Source: Candidatus Oxydemutatoraceae bacterium (lineage in GTDB: Bacteria > Pseudomonadota > Gammaproteobacteria > Poriferisulfidales > Oxydemutatoraceae). From it: 64,000 nt of DNA. Position numbers and translations under genes: made by a program. Under the pieces are notes generated by a model. It saw only the letters and a list, made by a program, of their open reading frames with translations. It did no database searches and was not told where the DNA came from. The stretch spans positions 1 through 64,000 of the forward strand of contig CBDCOZ010000001.1 of NCBI GenBank assembly GCA_965220085.1, written 5' to 3'. This document shows, in pieces, positions 42,003 to 51,422 of the stretch. The number at the start of each line of letters is the position of its first letter. Position 1 is the stretch's first letter.

Positions 42003-42293
42003 CTAAGACTGTGCCCCCTGTTCTTCAAGGCCGAACTTTTTTTCAATGCGCCGCATCGCATGGCAATAATAAAATATCAGCGCGACAAAAATATAGATGG
42101 AACCGTTTTGCGCAAACCAGAAGCCGAGCGGTGCGCCGCCCAAACTGAAATGATCCAAAAAGTCGCGAAACAATATGCCGGCCCCGTAAGAAGCAAGAAA
42201 CCACAGCACGAGCAACCCTCCCGTAAGACGCAACACCGCGCGCCAATAGGCTTTGGTGTCAATGACGCGCCGAGATGGTGATTTTTCCGACAT
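42003..42293 (-). CDS. DUF4212 small symporter subunit
   Basis: AYWR...WFLASYG...GAPLGFWFAQNGSIYIF; directly upstream of the SSS gene. Confidence 0.88.
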   Translation of the reverse strand: MSEKSPSRRVIDTKAYWRAVLRLTGGLLVLWFLASYGAGILFRDFLDHFSLGGAPLGFWFAQNGSIYIFVALIFYYCHAMRRIEKKFGLEEQGAQS

Positions 42294-42430
42294 CCTTCTT
42301 TCTGATAAAAACTTTCCCTGTCGAATGGCAGGGAGGCTTATATGATAAATCATCGTGTTGCATTTGGTGGCTGTGGAGACGCATCCGAGACACGTTGCGA
42401 TTCGGCTAAGGAGGAGTGCGCATAATGCGA

Positions 42431-42520
42431 CCATCGTTCCCCCTTCGCACGGGACAAATAAGGTAACTTTGCTCAAAGGACGCTCAAATTACCATCGTTC
42501 CCCCTCGCGGGGGAGAGTCG
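42431..42520. CRISPR. CRISPR-like repeat-spacer-repeat unit merging into a REP element
   Basis: CCATCGTTCCCCCTTCGCACGGGACAAAT + 32-nt spacer + CCATCGTTCCCCCTCGCGGGGGAGAGT; period 61; same upstream flank as the 32-kb array. Confidence 0.55.
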
Positions 42521-42619
42521 GCGTAGCTGTGCTACGCCGGGGAGAGGGAAGTTTGTTGGAGCTTGCAAGGGGAGTGGAGCGATGCAGTGGGGGACAAGCC
42601 CCTGCCAGATGAACTCAAC

Positions 42620-42650
42620 TCTTATTATTTGCAAACGGCAGTTGGGCTGA
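42620..42650 (+). repeat. left direct repeat (att-like) of the defence island
   Basis: TCTTATTATTTGCAAACGGCAGTTGGGCTGA; copy at 57846-57877. Confidence 0.65.
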
Positions 42651-42671
42651 TTTGCCGGATGGAGAGTCTTG

Positions 42672-44795
42672 TCACGGTAAGTCCAATTGTTTTTTCATGC
42701 TTGCACATAAATCGTAGGTGGACATACCGACGATTAAGTCACTTTCCCCTCCTTCGTTGATATTAGGATACCAATACAGTCCGCAACGAGCCAATATCCG
42801 TTCCAGTGATTGCATCAAAGCATAGTATTTGGATTCTTCTGAGTCCGAGTCGCATAAATTTGCCAAAGTATTCCACTCACCTTCAATAAAAAACCTGAAT
42901 ATGTCATAGGATTTAAGTCTCTTAAAAAAGTCATCCCTTTCTTCAACTGAAGATATAGCGAAATAATCTGCAAGGGAGATTCCCAGTTGATTAATCAGTG
43001 TCTGCGATATGTTCGCTAACTGTTGCAAATCTTCATCTGTCCCAGTGTTTTTATAACGTTCAATAGCCGGAAGGAAATCTGTCTGAAAACTCCCTACGGA
43101 ATTCAGCGCTTGTGATTCCACATGTTCCAGAATAATACGGTGAATGAGGCCGTCCTGTTCAACCCCATTTTGTTCTGCATCAAGCTTCCCATATGTATTA
43201 AATAAGACATGACATATTTGGGTGGGTTTTTTCCAGCGTGTCATCACGGTCGCAGTGGTTCTGAATACATCAGAGTAAGTATTCTCTCCACAAACCTTTA
43301 TTTGGTTGTAATGTGTAATCATAGCAAGGCTGAAGAGCTTACGGAGGAACTTGAACATAAGGCTTATTCTTTCTTCATTGCCTTGACTTTTGAACATGGC
43401 TGTATTTACGACAAGTGTATTCTTGAACTTATTGCGCGGTGATGAGACAACATCTATCCAGCATATGTTTGCGTCTAGATTACCCCCTTCGGCAGTGTTT
43501 GTATCTTCACTTGTAATTTCTTTCACAGTTGCAACTACATCATCGGTGAATATACAGGTTGCACGAAATGGCTCTGCAAGAGACAAGTAATTTCTTGATG
43601 TCTCAAATAGCCTTGCAAGCCTTGAAAATGTTTCCTTGCTGCTTTCATCCAGCGAACAATCGTTTTTGAATTCCAGACTAACAGAGATACCCGAAGGGCT
43701 TTCTGTATTCATGTACCATTTTTCTTCTTCTAAAACGCCACCCTCATCAAACATCTCAGTAGAAAATTGATCATGGTCTATTCCTATCTTCGATTGCAGG
43801 GTTTGGAATCTGCAAGATTCTTGAGATGAAATGAAAGATGACCAACTCGCAGAAGCAATTCCTGCATTTATATTCTTTGTGCTCTTAACCTCCGGTTGTT
43901 CCTTGGCATTCGGGTGTTTGCCTAAAAGCCCGACTTCAGGAGATAGCGGGAGAAATACATACCTTAAATCTTTATTGGAAACATAAGCAGAATGTTTCCA
44001 GCAGTTATCAGCCTCCGAGTAGCTGATAGCTCCTGTATCCCCTAGCAAGAATGGTTCTTCATCTGGTTCCAACAAATCCCACTTAAAACTTTCGAATATC
44101 CCGAGTGTCACTTGATTTATGGCCTCAGGCAAATTTTCCAAATGAATCTTTTCATGGTCAATTGATGATAGTCCCTGTTCAAGGAATGGAATCATTTCGT
44201 GCATTCCTCGTTTAAGCATATCTGGCCCAAGCAATTCTATTATTTTTTTAATTTGCGCCTCCCATGTTTGCACGAGGGTCACATGTGTAAGCGGGTCTCT
44301 TATGTGCTTGGCATGAGTATAACTAATTGTCCGTGCCTGAGCTCTCGCTTCTTCATCTGATGTGGATGAGAGACGGTTATGTACATAGCCAGGGTGTTCC
44401 CCGGCAAGAACTTTGCTTAAAGGGGTGTGAATTTTCTTCACCAAATCATGCATTTGGTCTCTGATATGACCGCGGGAATGAAGGTTATGAATAAAATCTA
44501 TAAGCGTAGTTATGTCAGTTGGTTCTAACTCTCTGGTTTCCAGTACTTGAGCGACTGTTCTGGCGTAAGAGTTTTCTTTTTCGCTCAATTGCTGTTCAAT
44601 ATCAATACTCTCATCAGGCCCCGTATAAAAATTATTCTGTGCAAACACATTTTTGGTATTCGTTTTGTGCGGTTGTTCTTTCCCTTTTATGTAGTGCCAA
44701 ACTTGTTTAGTAGAGCTCTCGGAATCTATTGCAAAATTCCGAATAAGGAAATCTGGAATCAAATGATGCCTTTTCGGTTTTGAACCTGTCCCCAC
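42672..44795 (-). CDS. DUF4238 domain protein with long C-terminal extension
   Basis: N-terminal HHLIPDFLIRNF, NNFY, FLLGD, FLPLSP; low GC. Confidence 0.7.
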   Translation of the reverse strand: MGTGSKPKRHHLIPDFLIRNFAIDSESSTKQVWHYIKGKEQPHKTNTKNVFAQNNFYTGPDESIDIEQQLSEKENSYARTVAQVLETRELEPTDITTLIDFIHNLHSRGHIRDQMHDLVKKIHTPLSKVLAGEHPGYVHNRLSSTSDEEARAQARTISYTHAKHIRDPLTHVTLVQTWEAQIKKIIELLGPDMLKRGMHEMIPFLEQGLSSIDHEKIHLENLPEAINQVTLGIFESFKWDLLEPDEEPFLLGDTGAISYSEADNCWKHSAYVSNKDLRYVFLPLSPEVGLLGKHPNAKEQPEVKSTKNINAGIASASWSSFISSQESCRFQTLQSKIGIDHDQFSTEMFDEGGVLEEEKWYMNTESPSGISVSLEFKNDCSLDESSKETFSRLARLFETSRNYLSLAEPFRATCIFTDDVVATVKEITSEDTNTAEGGNLDANICWIDVVSSPRNKFKNTLVVNTAMFKSQGNEERISLMFKFLRKLFSLAMITHYNQIKVCGENTYSDVFRTTATVMTRWKKPTQICHVLFNTYGKLDAEQNGVEQDGLIHRIILEHVESQALNSVGSFQTDFLPAIERYKNTGTDEDLQQLANISQTLINQLGISLADYFAISSVEERDDFFKRLKSYDIFRFFIEGEWNTLANLCDSDSEESKYYALMQSLERILARCGLYWYPNINEGGESDLIVGMSTYDLCASMKKQLDLP

Positions 44796-45307
44796 CGGGT
44801 TGTCCTCCTTTTTGCTTGGTTGTACTTAGGTGCTATGGAATGACACCTACATTATTCTATGCCAGAGATTGTGCCCATGCTTAGAATTATGTCAGTTGTC
44901 AGCAGAGCGGCTTGTCGGCATGGAGCGGCAAGCCCAGATGCCGCACATCGCGGCGGCAACGATAGCGCTAAGAGGCACAGGGATATTCCAACAGTCAGTT
45001 ACGATAAACGAGTCTTGCAAAACAAACAAAAGCGGGAATGCTTCGGGAGCGAATAAAGCGACACCGTTTGTGATAATATGAGGCTTTCCAAACGAGTCCG
45101 CTTTAGGAGAGCATGGCAAAATGCAGATGAAAACAGATTTGCAAACCCAAGACCCGAAGAAAAAAAGGCCAGCAGAGATGGTTTCCGGCGAGTCTGTCAA
45201 CCCGACACAAGGCTATGCCCGTTGCACAGCGGTTCCAGCGTATCAGTCCGTGAGAAAAATAGGCAATAACTCCTAAGGAGCACACGGTTAGTCGTATGCC
45301 ATCTAAC

Positions 45308-46282
45308 ATGACTCGTAAGAGGAACAAAAAGCATAACAAAGTCAAAGCTGTTTCTTTGTTCAGCGGTTGCGGCGGGTCAGATAGCGGAGCGCTCGCTGCG
45401 GGCTTTGATGTAATTTTTGCTAATGACATCATGCCTTATTCCAGAGATGTCTATCTGGCTAACTTGCCGGAAACAGACTATCAATGCAAAAACATTGAAG
45501 AGATTGCTTCATTCCCTAAAGCGGATCTGCTCATTGGCTGTTATCCATGCCAAGGGTTTAGCCAAGGCGGGGCGAGAAAATCTGATAGAGCGGTTAACTA
45601 TCTTTACAGACAATTTCGTCGATCATTGTGCGCAATAAAACCTAAAGCATTTATTGTCGAAAATGTGGCTGGCATGTACAGAAGTAATTTTAGCCGTCTA
45701 TTAAATAATCAATTGGTATGCTTCCGCACAGCCGGTTATTCAGTCACTCACAAGATGCTTAATGCGGCAGACTATGGCGTTGCTCAAGAGCGCCGCCGCA
45801 TTTTTATTGTAGGCATCCGTTCAGATTTGGGAGAAAAATATACATTCCCTTGCCCTACTCATGGCCCTGCGGGAAGGAAACCGATTAAGACTATAGCCAA
45901 AGCTCTGGATGGCTTGCCAGAGTGGCCAAAAGGAAAGTTTCTAGAACAAGATTTTCATTGGTACTATATGTCTCGTAATAGACGAAGAGATTGGTCTGAA
46001 CCCAGCAAAACGATTGTTAGCAATGCTCGCCATATGCCATTGCATCCGATTACTCCCGCGCCTGTTCGCATAGGAAACGATGAGTGGAGGTGGCTGGATA
46101 AGGATAAAAATTTGCCGAAGAGGAGATTCTCTTATGAAGAAGCTGCGTGTCTCCAAGGGTTCGAGAAAAAATTTGTGTTTCCGGAAAACGGGAACCTTAT
46201 GGCTAAATATAAGGTCATTGGCAATGCTGTGCCGCCGCCGCTATTTGAAGCTGTGGCCAATGCATTGCCAGATATTTGGTAG
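45308..46282 (+). CDS. dcm: DNA (cytosine-5)-methyltransferase
   Basis: SLFSGCGG, YPCQGFS, ENV, QERRRIF, IGNAVPP. Confidence 0.95.
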   Translation: MTRKRNKKHNKVKAVSLFSGCGGSDSGALAAGFDVIFANDIMPYSRDVYLANLPETDYQCKNIEEIASFPKADLLIGCYPCQGFSQGGARKSDRAVNYLYRQFRRSLCAIKPKAFIVENVAGMYRSNFSRLLNNQLVCFRTAGYSVTHKMLNAADYGVAQERRRIFIVGIRSDLGEKYTFPCPTHGPAGRKPIKTIAKALDGLPEWPKGKFLEQDFHWYYMSRNRRRDWSEPSKTIVSNARHMPLHPITPAPVRIGNDEWRWLDKDKNLPKRRFSYEEAACLQGFEKKFVFPENGNLMAKYKVIGNAVPPPLFEAVANALPDIW

Positions 46283-46296
46283 GAGGATATAGCAAT

Positions 46297-47469
46297 ATGG
46301 AAAAAACAGAGAAGCATAACATACGAGAGATAGATGTGAAGGACATTCTTTTAGATGCAGAAAACCCGCGGTTTGGAGATGACCGTTCCGGATTGCAAGA
46401 ACAGAGTAATGTTTTGGATCGCATTGTAGATAAGTTCGGTGTTGACGACATATTAAGCTCTATTGCAGTGAATGGATACTTTCATTCAGAGCCGCTGGTT
46501 TGTCAGAAAAGAGAACAAAACAAATATATAGTCAAAGAAGGCAACCGAAGACTAACTGCTTGCTTAATACTGTTGCGTGATAAGAGGGCATCCAAGCATG
46601 AAGTCAGAGCAAATAAGTATGGAAAACTATGGGAGGAAAACGGTCAGAAATCGATAAACCCAGTGCCTGTTATTGTTTTTGGCGCCGATGAGGAAGACAA
46701 CAAAAGTATTTTATCGTATCTGGGCGTAAGGCATATAGCATCTACTCAGCCCTGGGATTCTTATGCAAAAGCATCTTGGGTTGCCGAGGTTGTAAAGGAA
46801 AGTGAGCTGGGCATAAAGGAAATTGCACGAATGATTGGCGTAGAACCTAACACTATAACTAAGCAACTTGAAGGATATTACTTGGTCAATCAGTTGGAAA
46901 AAGAAAAGCTTTTTCAGCCTGCAAACAGCATGCGCAGGGGCAGAGGCAGCCAATCTCAGTTCCCATTCTCTTGGGTATATACAATCGTGGGCTACGCAAA
47001 TGTCAGGGAGTTTTTGCGGTTAGGCGATGCTACCCCGCCGCAAGAGGATATTCTCGACAAAGAACGTCTGGACAATGGAGCTTTGGTACTAAACTCCATG
47101 TTTGGAGACTCCAGCAAGGGGCGCGATGCCTCTATAGAGGAGTCGAGAGAATTGAAAAGACTCGCCAAGGTTTTTGATAGCGAAGAAAAAATTTCCTTGT
47201 TGAGAAGCGGAAAGCGTGTCGATGAAATAGAGAGAGTCACACGACCAATCGAGCAGAGAATCAATGAAGATCTTAATCTCACCAGAGATACTATGCGCGC
47301 CCTTATAGGTCAATTAGCCGAGTATGGCGGCGTTGAGAAAGATATTTCCGAAAGAGACATTGAACATATGCTTGATTCTGCCGAAAAGAATGAAACGCTG
47401 GCAAAACGACTGTATCAAAGGGTAATAGAGTTTTGTGACAAACAGAGGTCGAGCATTGATGGCAGTTGA
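46297..47469 (+). CDS. ParB/Srx-like N-terminal domain protein
   Basis: LDAENPRF, SIAVNGY, VKEGNRRLT, W...AKA followed by an HTH-like segment. Confidence 0.7.
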   Translation: MEKTEKHNIREIDVKDILLDAENPRFGDDRSGLQEQSNVLDRIVDKFGVDDILSSIAVNGYFHSEPLVCQKREQNKYIVKEGNRRLTACLILLRDKRASKHEVRANKYGKLWEENGQKSINPVPVIVFGADEEDNKSILSYLGVRHIASTQPWDSYAKASWVAEVVKESELGIKEIARMIGVEPNTITKQLEGYYLVNQLEKEKLFQPANSMRRGRGSQSQFPFSWVYTIVGYANVREFLRLGDATPPQEDILDKERLDNGALVLNSMFGDSSKGRDASIEESRELKRLAKVFDSEEKISLLRSGKRVDEIERVTRPIEQRINEDLNLTRDTMRALIGQLAEYGGVEKDISERDIEHMLDSAEKNETLAKRLYQRVIEFCDKQRSSIDGS

Positions 47470-48391
47470 TGTGACCAAAGGCGTAGACCAAGTGGAATGG
47501 CAAGCCATGAAATTCGGGTCGGCATCTTGTGATGATGGCACATGGGATGATCGGGTCGCTGAGTCTGCCGAATTACATGATTTTTCAGACCCTCATACGG
47601 AGGGAAATATTGACATAGTAGATGACGATTTAGTAAATGAAAGTTTTGCCGGGAGAATACAAGAAAAAATACAAGAAAGAAAAAAGATGATGGGGGATGC
47701 CTATCCATTTAATTTGGATGGCAACAAATTGTCGTATGAAAATGAATCGGGCAGGCACCTGTTATATGAGTTTCTGCTTTTAGCATCCATAGCCAATGAT
47801 GCAACAGGAACAACAAGGCGTGATATATCAAAATGCTTTGAGCGCATAGCCGCGATGATCGTATCTGAGTATTTTGGAAGTTATGCAGAGTGTCACCATG
47901 TCGGCTTTCCCAGAGATGATAGCAGTAATTTTGAAGATGCAATGATCAAGGTGAATAAGTTGACCGGAGAATTTTCATGGAACCCTGATAAGGATGCTGT
48001 GAATCATCAGGATGTAAAAGATGAAGGGTTGGATTTTATTATTCGCATGAAGCATGCTGATAACAGATTGGCGGCACAACTTTTTATCTTAGGGCAATGT
48101 GCCTGCGGGCAAAATTGGGATAGCAAAACCGGCGATTTGAAGTTAGGCACGTTAGAAAAATGGTTTCACCCTATGTCATATGTGCCTCCTGTAAAAGCAT
48201 TTGCAGTGCCTCATTATATTGAGAAGCAGAAAATAATAAACAGCAGCAGGGAGTGTGGTCTCCTATTTGACAGGGTGCGAATAGTCAATATTGCTTTTGC
48301 TGCCGAATGTCAAAATGCAATCGCAGAATTCTTTTCTGAAAATAGCTGGACAGAACCAATCCTGTCTCTCATCGAAGAGCGCCGGAGTTGA
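47459..48391 (+). CDS. putative restriction-endonuclease-fold protein
   Basis: FERI...GFPR...KDEGLDFI...LGQCACG..W (D...QxA variant of PD-(D/E)XK). Confidence 0.55.
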   Translation: MAVDVTKGVDQVEWQAMKFGSASCDDGTWDDRVAESAELHDFSDPHTEGNIDIVDDDLVNESFAGRIQEKIQERKKMMGDAYPFNLDGNKLSYENESGRHLLYEFLLLASIANDATGTTRRDISKCFERIAAMIVSEYFGSYAECHHVGFPRDDSSNFEDAMIKVNKLTGEFSWNPDKDAVNHQDVKDEGLDFIIRMKHADNRLAAQLFILGQCACGQNWDSKTGDLKLGTLEKWFHPMSYVPPVKAFAVPHYIEKQKIINSSRECGLLFDRVRIVNIAFAAECQNAIAEFFSENSWTEPILSLIEERRS

Positions 48392-48597
48392 TTCTTAGCG
48401 ATATGGAAAAGGTGTTCCGGATGCCCCTGCTCATGGCATGGGCGTTTGTTCGGAGGTCACCCTGATTTGTTTGCCTGACAAGTTTAATCAGATTATTATG
48501 AATAGCTTGGATGGGATATAACTACTGTCTACAATGTACTCTTTTAAGACATGCTCATGGTGCCTGCCTTCTCATTTAATCAGACCGGAAAAGTAAC

Positions 48598-50193
48598 ATG
48601 GCCAAAGCAAAAAAAAGCAAAAAAAGCGAAGTAAAAAAGACCAAAGAACAAGAACGCGCAGAACTGCATCGCACGATATGGAAGATTGCAAATGATTTGC
48701 GCGGGAGCGTGGACGGCTGGGATTTCAAGCAGTATGTGCTTGGCATGCTCTTCTACCGCTTTATTAGTGAGAATCTGGTTGACTATATCAACGCCGGAGA
48801 ACGAAAAACAGATAACAAGACTTTTGACTATACGGAACTGTCGGACAAGGATGCGAAGTTTGGCCGAGCCGACACAGTTAAGGAAAAGGGATTCTTTATC
48901 TTGCCGAGCGAACTGTTTGCCAATGTGCGGAAAAATGCACATGACAATTCTAATTTGAACGAGGCACTGACTATCGCCTTCCGAAACATTGAGAACTCTG
49001 CAAAAAACACAGAGAGTGAAGATGATTTGAAAGGTTTGTTTGATGACATTGATGTGAATTCAAACAAACTTGGAGGCACCGTAATAGAAAGAAACAAGAA
49101 GCTCGCCAAGCTTCTGGATGCGATTGGCGATCTTGCGCTCGGCAACTACTCCGACAACAACATAGACGCTTTCGGCGATGCCTATGAGTACCTGATGGCT
49201 ATGTACGCTTCCGATGCAGGTAAATCCGGCGGCGAATACTTCACGCCGCAGGAAGTCAGCGAACTCTTAGCTGAGATTGCGACAGTGGGCAAGAAGCGTG
49301 TTAACAAAGTGTATGACCCGGCGTGCGGATCCGGTTCGCTGTTACTCAAGTTTTCCAAAGTGTTGGGGCCGGATAAAGTCGGGCTGGGGTTCTTCGGTCA
49401 GGAAAACAACATCACCACATATAACTTGTGTCGAATCAATATGTTTTTGCACAATATCAATTACGACCATTTTGACATTGCTTGCGGCGATACCCTGACT
49501 GATCCGCAGCATTGGGACGATGAACCGTTTGACGCCATCGTTTCCAATCCGCCGTACTCTATCAAATGGGAAGGTGCCGACAACCAGATATTAATAGATG
49601 ACCCGCGCTTCTCACCGGCGGGGGTGCTCGCGCCGAAGAGCAAGGCCGACCTTGCATTCACAATGCACATGCTTTCGTGGCTTTCAACGATTGGAACGGC
49701 AGCAATCGTTTCCTTTCCCGGCGTTCTTTACCGGGGCGGGGCTGAACAAAAGATTCGCAAATACCTGATTGATAACAACTACATTGATGCGGTTATCCAA
49801 CTGCCGCCCGACCTCTTTTTCGGGACTGGCATCGCGACCTGCATTATGGTGCTCAAGAAGAGCAAGAGGGATAACAAGACACTTTTTATAGACGCTTCTG
49901 CCGAATGCGTTCGCGGCGGCAATAAGAACAAGCTGAGTGATGCGAACAGAACCAAGATAGTCAAAGCATTTATCGGGCGCAAGAACAAGAAACATTTTGC
50001 AAAACTGGTGGCAAATAAGACGATTGCCCGAAATGACTACAACATCACGGTGTCAAGTTACGTTGAGCAGAAAGATACGAGGGAAGTTGTGGATATAGGA
50101 CAACTCAACAAAGAGATTTCTGAGATTGTGGCAAGACAAAGCAAATTGAGAAAGTCCATTGACAAGATTGTGAAGGACATTGAAGGAAAGTAA
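48598..50193 (+). CDS. hsdM: Type I R-M methyltransferase subunit
   Basis: IWKIANDLRG, GKSGGEYFTPQEVS, YDPACGSGSLL, VSNPPYS. Confidence 0.97.
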   Translation: MAKAKKSKKSEVKKTKEQERAELHRTIWKIANDLRGSVDGWDFKQYVLGMLFYRFISENLVDYINAGERKTDNKTFDYTELSDKDAKFGRADTVKEKGFFILPSELFANVRKNAHDNSNLNEALTIAFRNIENSAKNTESEDDLKGLFDDIDVNSNKLGGTVIERNKKLAKLLDAIGDLALGNYSDNNIDAFGDAYEYLMAMYASDAGKSGGEYFTPQEVSELLAEIATVGKKRVNKVYDPACGSGSLLLKFSKVLGPDKVGLGFFGQENNITTYNLCRINMFLHNINYDHFDIACGDTLTDPQHWDDEPFDAIVSNPPYSIKWEGADNQILIDDPRFSPAGVLAPKSKADLAFTMHMLSWLSTIGTAAIVSFPGVLYRGGAEQKIRKYLIDNNYIDAVIQLPPDLFFGTGIATCIMVLKKSKRDNKTLFIDASAECVRGGNKNKLSDANRTKIVKAFIGRKNKKHFAKLVANKTIARNDYNITVSSYVEQKDTREVVDIGQLNKEISEIVARQSKLRKSIDKIVKDIEGK

Positions 50194-50228
50194 TATCGGG
50201 AGCCTCAGTCCCTCAAAGGGCGAGAGAA

Positions 50229-51422
50229 ATGGCAATGGTAAAACGTAAGATCAGACTTGAAAAATTGCTTGAGAAGCATTGCCCGAAAGGGGTTGAGTTC
50301 AAAGAATTAGAAGAAGTCTTAGCTTATGAGCAACCCAGTAAGTATATTGTTTCTTCAACAAGATATAACGACGGATATAAAACACCTGTTCTAACTGCGG
50401 GTCAGGGTTTTATTCTAGGATACACAGATGAAATGAACGGAATATGCGAAGCAGACAAAGAAAGCCCCACAATTATATTTGATGATTTTACTACCTCGTT
50501 CCACTGGGTAGATTTTGACTTCAAAGTAAAGTCTTCAGCTATGAAGATACTGCGCCTTAAAGGAGATAGTAATGTTAATCTTCGTTTTATTTTTTATGCG
50601 ATGAAGTGTATTAGCTACACTCCTAGCAGCCATTCTCGACAATGGATTTCGAAATACTCAAAACTGAGAATTCCGATTCCGCCTCTGAGTGTTCAAAAAG
50701 AAATTGTCAAGATTCTTGACAGTTTCACGGAATTAAAAGCGGAATTAAAAGCGGAATTAAAAGCGGAATTAAAAGCGAGAAAGAAGCAATATGAATATTA
50801 TCGGAATAATCTTCTGACTTTTGATGGGGAAGCGGAATATAAACAAATAGGTGAGATATGTAAAAGGGTTGCCTCGGGTGGTACCCCTTTAACATCCCAA
50901 AGGGATTTTTATACGGGTGATATACCATGGCTTAGAACTCAAGAAATTGATTACTCTGATGTTTATGATACAGGCTTAAAGATTACGGCTGAGGGTTTAA
51001 AGCATTCATCAGCAAAGTGGATACCTCCTAACTGTGTGATTGTTGCCATGTATGGTGCTACTGCTGCGAAAGTGGCTATAAATAGAGTGCCTCTTACCAC
51101 TAATCAAGCTTGTTGTAACTTAGAAATTGATGAGAAAAAGGCAGAATATCGCTATGTATTTCATTACCTTTCAAAAGAATATCAAAAACTCAAATCATTA
51201 GGGGTTGGAACGCAGTCAAATCTGAATGCGCAAAAAGTTAAGAGTTTTGAAATTCCAATCCCACCGCTCTCAGTACAAAAGAAGATTGTCAAGACGCTTG
51301 ATAAGTTTGACTCGCTTATCAATGACATCTCCATAGGTTTGCCGGCAGAGATTGATGCTCGGCGAAAGCAGTACGAACACTACCGAAACAAGCTACTCAC
51401 ATTTAAGGAATATGCCAGATAA
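50229..51422 (+). CDS. hsdS: Type I R-M specificity subunit (type IC-like)
   Basis: Two TRDs, IPIPPLSVQ repeats, (ELKA)4 linker, ARKKQYEYYR. Confidence 0.95.
   Translation: MAMVKRKIRLEKLLEKHCPKGVEFKELEEVLAYEQPSKYIVSSTRYNDGYKTPVLTAGQGFILGYTDEMNGICEADKESPTIIFDDFTTSFHWVDFDFKVKSSAMKILRLKGDSNVNLRFIFYAMKCISYTPSSHSRQWISKYSKLRIPIPPLSVQKEIVKILDSFTELKAELKAELKAELKARKKQYEYYRNNLLTFDGEAEYKQIGEICKRVASGGTPLTSQRDFYTGDIPWLRTQEIDYSDVYDTGLKITAEGLKHSSAKWIPPNCVIVAMYGATAAKVAINRVPLTTNQACCNLEIDEKKAEYRYVFHYLSKEYQKLKSLGVGTQSNLNAQKVKSFEIPIPPLSVQKKIVKTLDKFDSLINDISIGLPAEIDARRKQYEHYRNKLLTFKEYAR
50730..50777 (+). repeat. four perfect 12-bp repeats GAATTAAAAGCG in the hsdS linker
   Basis: Direct reading of 50730-50777. Confidence 0.95.
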
